Below, in pieces: positions 9,558 to 19,160 of a DNA stretch of 64,000 bases. Each line of letters starts with the position of its first letter. The stretch's first letter is position 1. This DNA is from a virus. The notes below the pieces were generated by a model that searched no databases, was not told the DNA's origin, and saw only the letters and a list, made by a program, of their open reading frames with translations. Location of the stretch: the IMG/VR virus record IMGVR_UViG_3300027791_002264, positions 6,420 to 70,419 of that record; one strand, written 5' to 3'. Both the position numbers and the translations under genes were made by a program.

Positions 9558-9785
9558 ATGAATAAAAATATAATTTACGAAGCGCTTAAGGCACAATTCG
9601 AGGCACAGAGGCAACTTGCATTAGCAACATTAACAATCTATATGACTAATCCTGTAGGTATAGGAGAACATCCTCAGCATATTGAAGAAATGCAAACATT
9701 AACTAGATCATTAGCAGAGGCTGACGATTGTTTAGAAACATTAAAAAGAAATTTTGAAATAGCAGAAGCAGGAGCGGATGAATAA
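9558..9785 (+). CDS. Conserved phage hypothetical protein
   Basis: NPVGIGEHP motif typical of marine phage small proteins. Confidence 0.7.
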   Translation: MNKNIIYEALKAQFEAQRQLALATLTIYMTNPVGIGEHPQHIEEMQTLTRSLAEADDCLETLKRNFEIAEAGADE

Positions 9786-10257
9786 AATCATATTAATAGG
9801 AAAGGCCGCTGCTGGAAAAGATCATATGAGAAAGGTTTTAGAAGGTAGAGGTTTTACATACGGTACATCTTATACAACCAGACCTCCTAGGGATGGTGAA
9901 ATTGATGGCCAAGATTATTATTTTATTTCTAAAGAAGTTTTTAAGAAGTTTGCAGATAATAATTATTGGTATGAATATGTAGAATTCAACGGTTGGTTTT
10001 ATGGTACAAGCTATGAACAATTTAAAAAGACATGTAACTTATTTGTTATGACCCCTAAAGGTGTTGAGGCAATTAATCCTATTGATAGAAAAGACTGTAC
10101 TATCATTTATTTAGACATACCTTTAGAAATAAGAAAAGAAAGATTAAAATTAAGAGGTGATCTTAATGATAAGATAGAAAGAAGGATTGATGCTGATGAA
10201 ATGGATTTTGGTAAGTTTACTGATTATGATATTGTAATAAACAATTCTAACTTTTAA
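9778..10257 (+). CDS. Guanylate kinase-like NMP kinase
   Basis: GKAAAGK, SYTTRPPRDGEIDGQDYYFIS, WFYGT. Confidence 0.9.
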   Translation: MNKIILIGKAAAGKDHMRKVLEGRGFTYGTSYTTRPPRDGEIDGQDYYFISKEVFKKFADNNYWYEYVEFNGWFYGTSYEQFKKTCNLFVMTPKGVEAINPIDRKDCTIIYLDIPLEIRKERLKLRGDLNDKIERRIDADEMDFGKFTDYDIVINNSNF

Positions 10258-10275
10258 CTATATAAAAATAAAACA

Positions 10276-10887
10276 ATGAGTAAATTCATTATTATAGAAG
10301 GTACCGATAATGTAGGTAAAGATACCCAGCAAGATTTAATTATTAAAAACATGAGTGATCACGTTTTTCATAAGTTACATTATTCATCATTACCGTTTAA
10401 AGATGATAAAGAAAAGCATGCAACATATTCTAAAGAACTTTATGAAAGCATGTTTTTATTAATGATGAAATCTAAACTTGCTCATAAAAAAGGTGATCCA
10501 AATATTAACCTTATATTTAATAGATCTCATTTAGGTGAAACTGTTTATTCTCCATTATATAGAGGTTACTCTGGTGATTATGTTTTTGATATTGAAAAGA
10601 AATTTACTAAAGCATTAAGAGAAGATCTTTATTTAATTACATTAACTAATGATCCACATACTATATTAAAAAGAGATGATGGCAAATCTTTTTATGGTAA
10701 TGAAGAAGAAGTTAAAGCTGAGGTTGATGGATTTACAAGAGCTCATCGATTAAGTACTATTAAAAATAAGTTACATATTAATGTTGGTACAATGAGTGCA
10801 ATAGAAGTTTCTCATATTATAACAGAATTTCTAAAACACAAGAACACAGTAACAGGTGATAACAAACAATTAAATATGTTTTCATAA
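10276..10887 (+). CDS. Thymidylate-kinase-like dNMP kinase
   Basis: IIIEGTDNVGKDT, FNRSHLGETVYSPLYRG. Confidence 0.8.
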   Translation: MSKFIIIEGTDNVGKDTQQDLIIKNMSDHVFHKLHYSSLPFKDDKEKHATYSKELYESMFLLMMKSKLAHKKGDPNINLIFNRSHLGETVYSPLYRGYSGDYVFDIEKKFTKALREDLYLITLTNDPHTILKRDDGKSFYGNEEEVKAEVDGFTRAHRLSTIKNKLHINVGTMSAIEVSHIITEFLKHKNTVTGDNKQLNMFS

Positions 10888-11075
10888 TGAGTAGCGCAGA
10901 AGATATAATGTATAAGGCTCATAATGAAGGTATCAGAGCTGAGGTGTTTATAGAATCACAAAAGTTAAGAGAAGAAAATCCTATGAAATATAAATACAAA
11001 GAAAATGTAGATATATTAGAAGAAGCGTATAAAATAGTATTAGAACGAAAGAATAAAAAGAATGAGAACATATAG
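10887..11075 (+). CDS. Hypothetical protein
   Basis: 62-aa coupled ORF. Confidence 0.6.
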   Translation: MSSAEDIMYKAHNEGIRAEVFIESQKLREENPMKYKYKENVDILEEAYKIVLERKNKKNENI

Positions 11076-11943
11076 AGGAGATACATTTGCAGAAGTTTAT
11101 GAAAAGGCATTAATAGATACTTTAGACAATCCTGATTATACTTCTAAACCAAGAGGTATGGAAATTAAAGAAATCTGTAATGCAGCATTAGTTATAGATG
11201 ATCCTTATTATCCACTGTATGAAAATGAAAAAAGGAGTAGTCAATTTAAATATATTGCTGGTGAAACTATATGGTATTTTACAGGAAGAAAGGATATTGA
11301 TTTTATAAGTAAATATTCTAAATTTTGGAGCCAATTAGATAACGGTGATGGTACTGTTAATTCTGCTTATGGTAATCTTATATTTAATGAACCTCTTTCT
11401 GATGGTAGAAATCAATACCAATGGGCATTAGATTCTTTAATAGAAGATAAAGACTCAAGGCAATCAATTATTCATTTTAATAAACCATCTCATCAATGGA
11501 AAGGTAATAAAGATTTTGTATGTACTCTTAATGGTATATTTCAAATTAGAGATAACAGATTAAACTTTACAGTTGATATGAGGTCTAATGATTTAGTATT
11601 AGGTACCGCAACCGATGTAGCATTCTTTTGTTTACTACAGCAACAAATGTTAAAACATTTAAAGTTAACATATCCTAATTTAAAAATGGGTTCTTATACT
11701 CATATCGTTCATTCATTGCATATTTATGAAAGACATTTTAATTTAGTAAAAGAAATGTTAAGCCATCCATTTTCTCATATGTCTTATCCACCTTTAAATG
11801 AAAACTTAATTACTAGAAAAGGGCATCCTACTGATAACATGAATTTGATAGAATCTGATATTCTTTTAGGCTTTGAAGGTGATTTCTTTAATGATCCACT
11901 ATTTGAATGGTTAGCATTTAACAGTAACGGTGGAGATATATAA
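11062..11943 (+). CDS. Thymidylate-synthase-family enzyme, dCMP hydroxymethylase/methylase-like
   Basis: DFVCT...IRD...MRSND...G...D with Asp at catalytic Cys+31; SLHIYERH. Confidence 0.8.
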   Translation: MRTYRGDTFAEVYEKALIDTLDNPDYTSKPRGMEIKEICNAALVIDDPYYPLYENEKRSSQFKYIAGETIWYFTGRKDIDFISKYSKFWSQLDNGDGTVNSAYGNLIFNEPLSDGRNQYQWALDSLIEDKDSRQSIIHFNKPSHQWKGNKDFVCTLNGIFQIRDNRLNFTVDMRSNDLVLGTATDVAFFCLLQQQMLKHLKLTYPNLKMGSYTHIVHSLHIYERHFNLVKEMLSHPFSHMSYPPLNENLITRKGHPTDNMNLIESDILLGFEGDFFNDPLFEWLAFNSNGGDI

Positions 11944-11958
11944 TAAAATTAATTATAA

Positions 11959-13170
11959 GTGTTGAAATATTTAAAACTTTTTGAACAGTTCCTAACAGAA
12001 AAGAAACCTAAAGGTGCACCAGATTTCCATCATTCAGATGCACCTGATGCTGAAGGTAGGTTTAAAGATCTTTCTATAAAGGATTTAGCCGCATGGTTAA
12101 TTAAAACCAGAAAGAAAGATGTTAAAAAGATTAGTGGTTCTTTAACACAGCAAATAGTTTTTAATAGAAAGAGTGATCCTAAGTATGCTGAAAAGATGGA
12201 GAAAACCAGAAAAGAAGTATATAAACAATTAGGTAGAGAAGATTTACTAAAAGAATCTGTTGATATTGAAGATGGTTTAGGTAAAGTTTATTTAGCACTA
12301 AGAGAAGACAGTGGGCAAAGATGGTGGACTTATAAAGGTTTTGCTGGAGATAAGTTCTTTACACAAGTTCATGAAAATAACATGCATGACATTGATATTA
12401 ATCCAGACTATCCAGTTTTAACATATCATTCAGATACAGTTAATAAACTAATAAAGGCTGGTAAGATTAAAAAAGAAAATGTTTATAATCACCCAGACCA
12501 CATATCAAAATCTGGATCTAAAGAAGAATTCCATAAACTGGTTGGAGAAGATGAAAATATACCTAAGACAGTATATTCTAAGAATGATGCATTAGAGCAA
12601 CTAGAATTTCCTATTATTGCAAAACCTGCAGAAGGTCATAGCGGAAAAGGTATTCAGATTATTAATAAACCAGATTTAATGGAAGATGTAGATGAAAAGA
12701 TCTTTGATACATTTTCAGAATATATTGATAAAGAAGAAGAGCATAGATTTATAAACTTTAAAGGTAAGCCTATCTTTTGGATGGAAAGAACTCCATTAAA
12801 TGAAAAAGCTAAAACTGGTAAAGGTAGTGCTAAAGGTGAAATGGAATTTGGTTATGCAAAAAGGAGCTTAAGTGATTTACCTGAAGATTATAGAAAAGTC
12901 TTAGAAAGATTCTGTAAGATCTATGAAGATTTACCTTATATGTGTTTTGACGTAATGAAAGGTAAAAATGGAAAAGTATATATTATTGAATCAAATGCAC
13001 AACCTGGAGTACCTTTTGATTCGACCGTTGAGGCTTATAAGCATATCTATGAAGATTTTTATAAGAAACCTCTTAATAAAGAAAGTTTAACTAAACTAGA
13101 AGAATACGCAAATACAATGATTGAAAAGACCCTCGAGAAAGATGGCGGCAAAAGATTTTCAATTAAATAG
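11959..13170 (+). CDS. ATP-grasp (RimK-like) ligase with capsid-targeting-like N-terminus
   Basis: IPKT, FPIIAKPAEGHSGKGI, EHRF, FDVM, IIESNAQPG; N-terminus MLKYLKLFEQFLTE. Confidence 0.8.
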   Translation: MLKYLKLFEQFLTEKKPKGAPDFHHSDAPDAEGRFKDLSIKDLAAWLIKTRKKDVKKISGSLTQQIVFNRKSDPKYAEKMEKTRKEVYKQLGREDLLKESVDIEDGLGKVYLALREDSGQRWWTYKGFAGDKFFTQVHENNMHDIDINPDYPVLTYHSDTVNKLIKAGKIKKENVYNHPDHISKSGSKEEFHKLVGEDENIPKTVYSKNDALEQLEFPIIAKPAEGHSGKGIQIINKPDLMEDVDEKIFDTFSEYIDKEEEHRFINFKGKPIFWMERTPLNEKAKTGKGSAKGEMEFGYAKRSLSDLPEDYRKVLERFCKIYEDLPYMCFDVMKGKNGKVYIIESNAQPGVPFDSTVEAYKHIYEDFYKKPLNKESLTKLEEYANTMIEKTLEKDGGKRFSIK

Positions 13171-13260
13171 TAAAAAAGTTACCAAAAACTTTTCAGTTCC
13201 CAACTATTTTGTTTATATTTATACTGTATTATATGAAACAATACACTGTAAACTAATTAT

Positions 13261-13788
13261 ATGAATAAAGAAATACCAAAAGATTTTTATATTACATCCG
13301 ATACTTGGTTTGGCAGACCACAGATTCTTCAAATTGCAAACAGACCGTTTGGCAATGTAGAAGATATGAATTCTGCTCTAATTAAAAATTGGAATAAAAA
13401 AGTAAAGAAAAAAGATGTGGTATTTCATTTAGGAAATTTTGCATGGGATCCCACAACTGCTCGTAAGGTACTTAAAAAATTAAATGGTAGAATCTATTTT
13501 TTAAAAGGTAGCCAAGATGAAGCATTAGAAGAAATCATAGATGAATTTCCTAAGGCAGAATTTATGAAGAAATCAATTGTTGAATTAATTGATTTTGATA
13601 GTATTATTTGCCATTATCCATTAGCGGTATGGAATGGTAAAGATTCTGGAACTATTCATATGCATGGTCATACAGTATTCTCTCATAAAACTAATCTTAC
13701 AATTGAAAGTAGATTTAATGTATGTACTGACTTTTGGGGATATTCACCAGTAAATTACCTAACTTTAAAAGATTTTATAAATGGCTAA
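13261..13788 (+). CDS. Calcineurin-like metallophosphoesterase homologue with degenerate metal ligands
   Basis: SDTWFG, HLGNF, GSQD, CHYP, HGH. Confidence 0.8.
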   Translation: MNKEIPKDFYITSDTWFGRPQILQIANRPFGNVEDMNSALIKNWNKKVKKKDVVFHLGNFAWDPTTARKVLKKLNGRIYFLKGSQDEALEEIIDEFPKAEFMKKSIVELIDFDSIICHYPLAVWNGKDSGTIHMHGHTVFSHKTNLTIESRFNVCTDFWGYSPVNYLTLKDFING

Positions 13789-14422
13789 AAAAACAAAAAA
13801 GACGTACAAAGAACTTGCACTAGAGTTTAAAAAGACAAGAAAAGAAAGTGTTTATAATGAACTATATGCTAAGATGAGACCAGGCTTAAGATCATATGTA
13901 AATAATATTGTAAAAGATCCTAATGTTACTGAAGATATTGTATCTACAACTTTAACTACAGTGTATTTGAAAATTGATCAATATAATGAGGATTATCAGA
14001 TTACAACATGGGCATATCGTATTGCTTACAATGAATGCATAGGTTGGATTAGATATAGAAATAGAAAAGTAAGTATGAATGCATTTACTGATAAAGGCAT
14101 TGATCCACCAACATTTTTATTACCTAACTCAGAACCTAATAATGGAATGCCGTGGTCTACTGAAGATGATTACTGGGCAGCTGAACATCTTTTGGTTGAA
14201 AAGGTAAGATTAACAACAGAAGCAATAAAGGCATTACCTCCAATGTATAAAAGATTTATGGAAGAAAGATTCTTAAATAAAAAATCTTATAATGATATTT
14301 TAGACATAATGTCTGATAGCGAAAAAGGCATAAATCTACAAACTGTTAAGAACAGGATTTTTAGAGGAAGGAAAATAGTAAGAAAACAGCTAGAAAGTAT
14401 GAAAGTATTTTCAGAAGCATAA
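13781..14422 (+). CDS. ECF-like RNA polymerase sigma factor
   Basis: EDIVSTT...Y...TTWAYRIAYNEC (region 2); LPPMYK...SY.DI...TVKNRIFRGRK (region 4). Confidence 0.88.
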   Translation: MAKKTKKTYKELALEFKKTRKESVYNELYAKMRPGLRSYVNNIVKDPNVTEDIVSTTLTTVYLKIDQYNEDYQITTWAYRIAYNECIGWIRYRNRKVSMNAFTDKGIDPPTFLLPNSEPNNGMPWSTEDDYWAAEHLLVEKVRLTTEAIKALPPMYKRFMEERFLNKKSYNDILDIMSDSEKGINLQTVKNRIFRGRKIVRKQLESMKVFSEA

Positions 14423-14445
14423 ATACATAACTAACAAACAAAACC

Positions 14446-14898
14446 ATGTACATATTAAAATTATATAAAGAATTAGTAACCTGGAATAAAATTAAAAGGA
14501 TTGCTAAAGGCGCTCAAGAAAAACTTTTAGAAAAAGGGTTCCGAGTTGATTGGGTAGGTAGAATCTATACTGTTATTAATTTACCAGAAGAAGTAGTGAA
14601 TACACCAATTTCTCAAGAAGGATATGTGTTAATGCAATTAAGAGAACATGATAAATTATTTTTAGAATTAGGAATAGCTGATTATGTATCACCAGAATTT
14701 GAACCTATACCAGATTCAGATTCATTTCTTTTAGTATTATCTCCTGATAGAGAATATTTTAAAACATGGCCATTAATTATATCTTTAACAAAGACATTAA
14801 TACTGGCATTTCTTTTGAGAATTGCTTATGTATTTACAAAATCTTATAGTGAAAAAATATCTGAAATATGGAACGAGATGATAAACCTAGTATTTTAA
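14446..14898 (+). CDS. Hypothetical protein with C-terminal TM
   Basis: 150-aa ORF. Confidence 0.7.
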   Translation: MYILKLYKELVTWNKIKRIAKGAQEKLLEKGFRVDWVGRIYTVINLPEEVVNTPISQEGYVLMQLREHDKLFLELGIADYVSPEFEPIPDSDSFLLVLSPDREYFKTWPLIISLTKTLILAFLLRIAYVFTKSYSEKISEIWNEMINLVF

Positions 14899-15101
14899 AT
14901 AATGTTAATAACATTGAAAATAAACTAAAAGAATTAGAAAAAGAAAAAGAAATTATTCAAACAAGCTGTGGTCATAAAGAAGGTGTGATCATAAACTTTA
15001 ATGAAGATAGATCTATTAAAAAATATTGTTCAGTATGCAAGAGGGATTTAGGTTATGCAACGAAAGAAGAAGAACATGATTTTTTAAAGCCGAAAGGCTA
15101 G
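14868..15101 (+). CDS. Small Zn-binding hypothetical protein
   Basis: CGH...CSVC. Confidence 0.6.
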   Translation: MERDDKPSILNNVNNIENKLKELEKEKEIIQTSCGHKEGVIINFNEDRSIKKYCSVCKRDLGYATKEEEHDFLKPKG

Positions 15102-15177
15102 CAACATACATAGGAAATGGTTTTCTATGTTAGGGAAATAATTCCCGAATATTAAATAATAAAAAAAATTTTAAAAG

Positions 15178-15603
15178 ATGAATAAATTAATTTTAAGTTT
15201 AGCATTAGTAGTTGGAATGGTATTATCCACAACAGCTCAAAATGTAAAAGGAGACTGGTATGTAGGTACAGGAGACGTTGCAAACGTTGCATGGACTGAT
15301 TTATCAATAGCACCAACTTTAGGATACGCAGTATCTAATAAAGTAATGGTTGGATTAGCTGTAGCACAAGCTGACTCTTCTCAAGATTTAGCAATTGATA
15401 TACATGCTAGATATTTTATGACAGTAGCAGGGCAAGATATTTTCTTGTATGCAGCTATGCCAGAATTTGATACTGATAACCTTTCATTAGGTTTAGGTAA
15501 AATGTTCACAGTTCATAAAAGTATATTTATTGAACCAAAACTTGTTTATCACTCAGGTGAAAAAACAACAAACATGATGTTAGGTTTCGGAATGAAATTC
15601 TAA
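15178..15603 (+). CDS. Outer-membrane beta-barrel protein (Bacteroidota style)
   Basis: Signal peptide ending TTA-Q, amphipathic strands, C-terminal Phe (GFGMKF). Confidence 0.8.
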   Translation: MNKLILSLALVVGMVLSTTAQNVKGDWYVGTGDVANVAWTDLSIAPTLGYAVSNKVMVGLAVAQADSSQDLAIDIHARYFMTVAGQDIFLYAAMPEFDTDNLSLGLGKMFTVHKSIFIEPKLVYHSGEKTTNMMLGFGMKF

Positions 15604-15619
15604 TAACATATTACTTATT

Positions 15620-15652
15620 AAAACCGGTAGCTTAATTGTTACCGGTTTTTTT
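15620..15652 (+). terminator. Intrinsic terminator
   Basis: AAAACCGGTAGC-TTAATT-GTTACCGGTTTT followed by T-tract. Confidence 0.85.
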
Positions 15653-15696
15653 GTCTTAAACTTTATTACATTTTTACATATAATAATAAACAGATT

Positions 15697-16446
15697 ATGT
15701 CTACAGAGCAATCATTAGCAACAACCGAAACTATAAATGGTAAAAGATACTATAATATAGGTGAAGGTAAAAAATATCCATCAGTAACAACTATCTTAGG
15801 TGCAATGACAGATAGCTCAGGTATTGATAAATGGAGAAAACGTATAGGTGAAGAAAAGGCTGATGCTATTTCTAAGTTTTCTGCTAACCGAGGAACTGTG
15901 ATGCACCAATTTTGTGAATACTTTTTAGGATCTGAAAAACAAACTATTAGAGAAAGATTAATTGATGCACAAACATTAATAGGCCCATTTGTAAAAGAGA
16001 ATGGTTTTACTGAAGAAGAAACTAATATAGGAAGGAAATTATTCTTTAATTTTTATAATGGCAAATGCTTTGACCGTATTGCAAATGTAGTGTCTATCGA
16101 AGATACTCTATTCTCACCTCAGATGGGAGGTTATGCTGGTAGAGTAGATATTATTTATGAAAATGAAAAAGGGCATCTAGTGATCTTAGATTTTAAATCA
16201 TCTAAAAAAGCAAAAAGAGAAGATTGGATAGAAAATTATAAAATGCAAATTGCAGCATACTCATTAGCATATTGGGAAATGCATAACAGAAAACCACAGG
16301 GTGGTGAAATTTGGATAAGTAATGAAGCTGATGGTTTTCCACAAGTTTTTGAAATGACATTTGATGATATAACTAAATATGGTAAAATGTTTTTAGGGTT
16401 GGTAAAAGAATTTCATAAGAAGTACATACTTGAACCGAATATATAA
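15697..16446 (+). CDS. PD-(D/E)XK exonuclease (phage Cas4-like family)
   Basis: YPSVTTIL, RGT.MH, AGRVD, ILDFKSS, Q..AY. Confidence 0.88.
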   Translation: MSTEQSLATTETINGKRYYNIGEGKKYPSVTTILGAMTDSSGIDKWRKRIGEEKADAISKFSANRGTVMHQFCEYFLGSEKQTIRERLIDAQTLIGPFVKENGFTEEETNIGRKLFFNFYNGKCFDRIANVVSIEDTLFSPQMGGYAGRVDIIYENEKGHLVILDFKSSKKAKREDWIENYKMQIAAYSLAYWEMHNRKPQGGEIWISNEADGFPQVFEMTFDDITKYGKMFLGLVKEFHKKYILEPNI

Positions 16447-16462
16447 AAAAAATCAAATTTCA

Positions 16463-16756
16463 ATGTTTATAAGAACGTACGCAGATTTTCTTTTAGAAGT
16501 TAGAGATAAATCTCATGACAATGCTGGCGATAAAATAGAAAAAGATCATAAAAAAGGTGATCATGCTGGAATAGATAAGAAATTAGAAAAAGAATTAGAA
16601 GATGAACTTAACGATGTTTCAGAAGATTGCGCCAGGTGCGGGGAGCATATCTCATCTTGCCAATGCGCCGAGACGGACCCCTGGTCAACTCAAGTTTATC
16701 ACAGAGCTCCAAAAGGAAAAGAAATTAAACAAAAACCAAAACAAGAATTTAAATAA
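16463..16756 (+). CDS. Hypothetical protein with capsid-targeting-like N-terminus (start re-assigned)
   Basis: ATG 16463 gives MFIRTYADFLLE; preceded by GAATATATAA; CxxC..C.C motif. Confidence 0.65.
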   Translation: MFIRTYADFLLEVRDKSHDNAGDKIEKDHKKGDHAGIDKKLEKELEDELNDVSEDCARCGEHISSCQCAETDPWSTQVYHRAPKGKEIKQKPKQEFK

Positions 16757-16763
16757 TAAACAA

Positions 16764-17051
16764 ATGAATACATTTAACAAATTTTTTGCAGATCATGGAA
16801 TTAAAATAATTATAGCTATAATGTTATTAACTTATTTTAAATCATGTAGCATTGATTCAGAAGTAGAAAGAATTAAAAAAGAACAAAGAATATTAACTTC
16901 TGAAATTGATACATTAGCTTTACAGTTAGTTAATGAAGCCGAAATGATTAAGCTTATTAAAGAAGTACCGGCTTGGAAAACCCTAAGAATTGAAGAAATT
17001 TCTGATAAAGAAAGAATTTCTATCAATGCACTAGAAGAAAAAGATAACTAA
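16764..17051 (+). CDS. Membrane-anchored coiled-coil protein (start re-assigned)
   Basis: MNTFNKFF...IIIAIMLLTYFKSC then coiled coil. Confidence 0.65.
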   Translation: MNTFNKFFADHGIKIIIAIMLLTYFKSCSIDSEVERIKKEQRILTSEIDTLALQLVNEAEMIKLIKEVPAWKTLRIEEISDKERISINALEEKDN

Positions 17052-17053
17052 AT

Positions 17054-17572
17054 GTGGCTAATACACCTATAATACCTGGAGTACCAACACCAGTAAACGG
17101 AGATCCAAAATGTGCATTAACTTTATGTGGTAGAATTATTGCTCAAGTTGATTGTGTTCTTGTAATAATGCAAGGAACTAATGGCTGTATTGATATACAG
17201 TTTTTTGATAAGGCCGGATTACCTCTTGATTTAACTACTTATACAGAAATTCAAATTATGTTGTACAATGAATTTGATTGTACGGTAGCTAATTTTTGGT
17301 GGCCAGCTATTCCTACTGGGTGTACTGGATTATTAATGACCATATTACAATATACAAACTCAAAAGGTGCAATTGTTAATAAAGGTATGGTTAGATTATG
17401 TTTAGATCCTGCTTGTACAAAAACAAGTCCGAGTGGTATATTTGCCGAAATTTTATTAACTGAATTAACAACCGCTGGTACATCGGAAACATCTGGTATA
17501 CCATGTTTACAGGTTGCTAGAATAACACCATCACGCATTCACACAAATGGTTGTGCTGATGGCTGTTCTTAA
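17054..17572 (+). CDS. Cys-rich hypothetical, possibly virion protein
   Basis: 172 aa, GTG start, beta-rich. Confidence 0.6.
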   Translation: MANTPIIPGVPTPVNGDPKCALTLCGRIIAQVDCVLVIMQGTNGCIDIQFFDKAGLPLDLTTYTEIQIMLYNEFDCTVANFWWPAIPTGCTGLLMTILQYTNSKGAIVNKGMVRLCLDPACTKTSPSGIFAEILLTELTTAGTSETSGIPCLQVARITPSRIHTNGCADGCS

Positions 17573-17586
17573 AAAGCTTTAACATT

Positions 17587-18384
17587 ATGAATACATTAAA
17601 AGAAAGATTATTACATATTTTTATTATCGGTATATTCTGTAGCCTTTACTTCTTAGTAGCTACAATATCAATGATAAACTCCGTTGCATTTTTTGACTTA
17701 AGCCATGATGGTTTAATGTCATGGTCATTAGCAATAGGATTTGAAATAGGGGCAGCAGCTTCTCTTGCTGCTATTATTATTTTAGATAAAACAAACAAAA
17801 CAATGGTTTGGGGTTTATTTTTATTATTAACTTCATTTCAAATGATGGCAAATTCCTTTCATGCTTTTATTAATTTAGAAAATTATATGGGATGGATTGA
17901 ATTATTTGGATTAGAAGAAGCAGAACCAATATATCAAAAAAGAATTTTAGCAATAGTGAGTGGTGCTATACTACCTCTGATTGCATTAGGATTTATTAAA
18001 TCTTTGGTTGATTATATTAGACCAGAGCAACCTGAAGAATCATTAAAAGATGAAACTGCTATTGCAGGATATTCGGCGGATATTGATATTTTAGAAAATT
18101 CTAAAAAGCATTTCCCTTCAGATGATATTAAAGAAGTTAAAGATGAGCCAATTAAAGATACTCATACTGAAGCAATTACAATTCCTGTAACAATTGGAGA
18201 AGTACAAATCGCACCTGAGACAGTTAATACTGATAATGCAGTTGCTGATATTGTAGAAGAGCCAGTTCAAGCAGCGCATATTACCCCCGTTGGAGATCCT
18301 ATAGTGATACCAACAAGCAACGCACCCCGTTCTAATAAAGTAGTGAAGCCAGCATTGACTTCAAGACCTTTTATAAAGGGGTAA
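17587..18384 (+). CDS. Multi-pass membrane protein
   Basis: Four hydrophobic segments then an acidic/Pro-rich tail. Confidence 0.75.
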   Translation: MNTLKERLLHIFIIGIFCSLYFLVATISMINSVAFFDLSHDGLMSWSLAIGFEIGAAASLAAIIILDKTNKTMVWGLFLLLTSFQMMANSFHAFINLENYMGWIELFGLEEAEPIYQKRILAIVSGAILPLIALGFIKSLVDYIRPEQPEESLKDETAIAGYSADIDILENSKKHFPSDDIKEVKDEPIKDTHTEAITIPVTIGEVQIAPETVNTDNAVADIVEEPVQAAHITPVGDPIVIPTSNAPRSNKVVKPALTSRPFIKG

Positions 18385-18436
18385 AATCATAATCTTTTAG
18401 CATAACCTGTTGAAAGGTTAAAAATAAAATAAGAAT

Positions 18437-19147
18437 ATGCCTGCACATACTTACGATGATGAGGTTTTCCGTGAAAAGAGAAAACCTAAAAACCCAATAA
18501 CATTTAAATTAAAACTAAACGAAGAACAGAAATTAGCAAAGGATGTAATATTAACAAACACAATTACATTATTAGCAGGTAAAGCTGGATCTGGAAAAAC
18601 ACTATTAGCATGCCAAGTTGCTTTAGATGGATTATTTAGAAGAAATTATGAAAAGATAATTATAACAAGACCAACAGTTTCAAAAGAAGAGATTGGATTT
18701 TTACCTGGAGATTTACATGCAAAAATGGATCCGTGGGTACAGCCAATTTATCAAAACATGTATAGTTTATATGGAAAAGATAGAGTACAGCCTTATATAG
18801 AAAGTGGGCAAATAGAAATTGTACCAGTTTCATTTATGAGAGGACGAACCTTTGTTAATAGTTGTGTTATAGTTGACGAGGCTCAAAACGTAACTAATGA
18901 TCAAATGGAAATGATTGTAACCAGGGTTGGTTTAAGATCTAAAATGATTATATGTGGTGATGACGGCCAAGTTGATTTAAAAGGTAAGAGCGAATCAGGT
19001 TTTAGATTTTTGTATAACCAATCATCTAAAATAAAAAATCTATCTTCTCTTACATTATTACATAATCACAGAGATCCAATTGTAGATGATTTAATTGAAG
19101 TCTATGAAGAGGAAAATTATAAAAGAACAAAGTCTAAGAATAAATAA
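18437..19147 (+). CDS. phoH: PhoH family ATPase
   Basis: GKAGSGKT, ITRP, GFLPG, MRGRTF, DEAQN, HRDPIV. Confidence 0.95.
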   Translation: MPAHTYDDEVFREKRKPKNPITFKLKLNEEQKLAKDVILTNTITLLAGKAGSGKTLLACQVALDGLFRRNYEKIIITRPTVSKEEIGFLPGDLHAKMDPWVQPIYQNMYSLYGKDRVQPYIESGQIEIVPVSFMRGRTFVNSCVIVDEAQNVTNDQMEMIVTRVGLRSKMIICGDDGQVDLKGKSESGFRFLYNQSSKIKNLSSLTLLHNHRDPIVDDLIEVYEEENYKRTKSKNK

Positions 19148-19160
19148 CTAAATTAAAATT

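Noticed and set aside
15697-16446. Cas4-like nuclease as a sign of CRISPR-Cas
   Set aside because: No other cas genes and no repeat-spacer array; this is the common stand-alone phage exonuclease.
16602-16763. N-terminal extension of ORF 16602-17051
   Set aside because: It overlaps the upstream gene; ATG 16764 with an A-rich leader is the likelier start.
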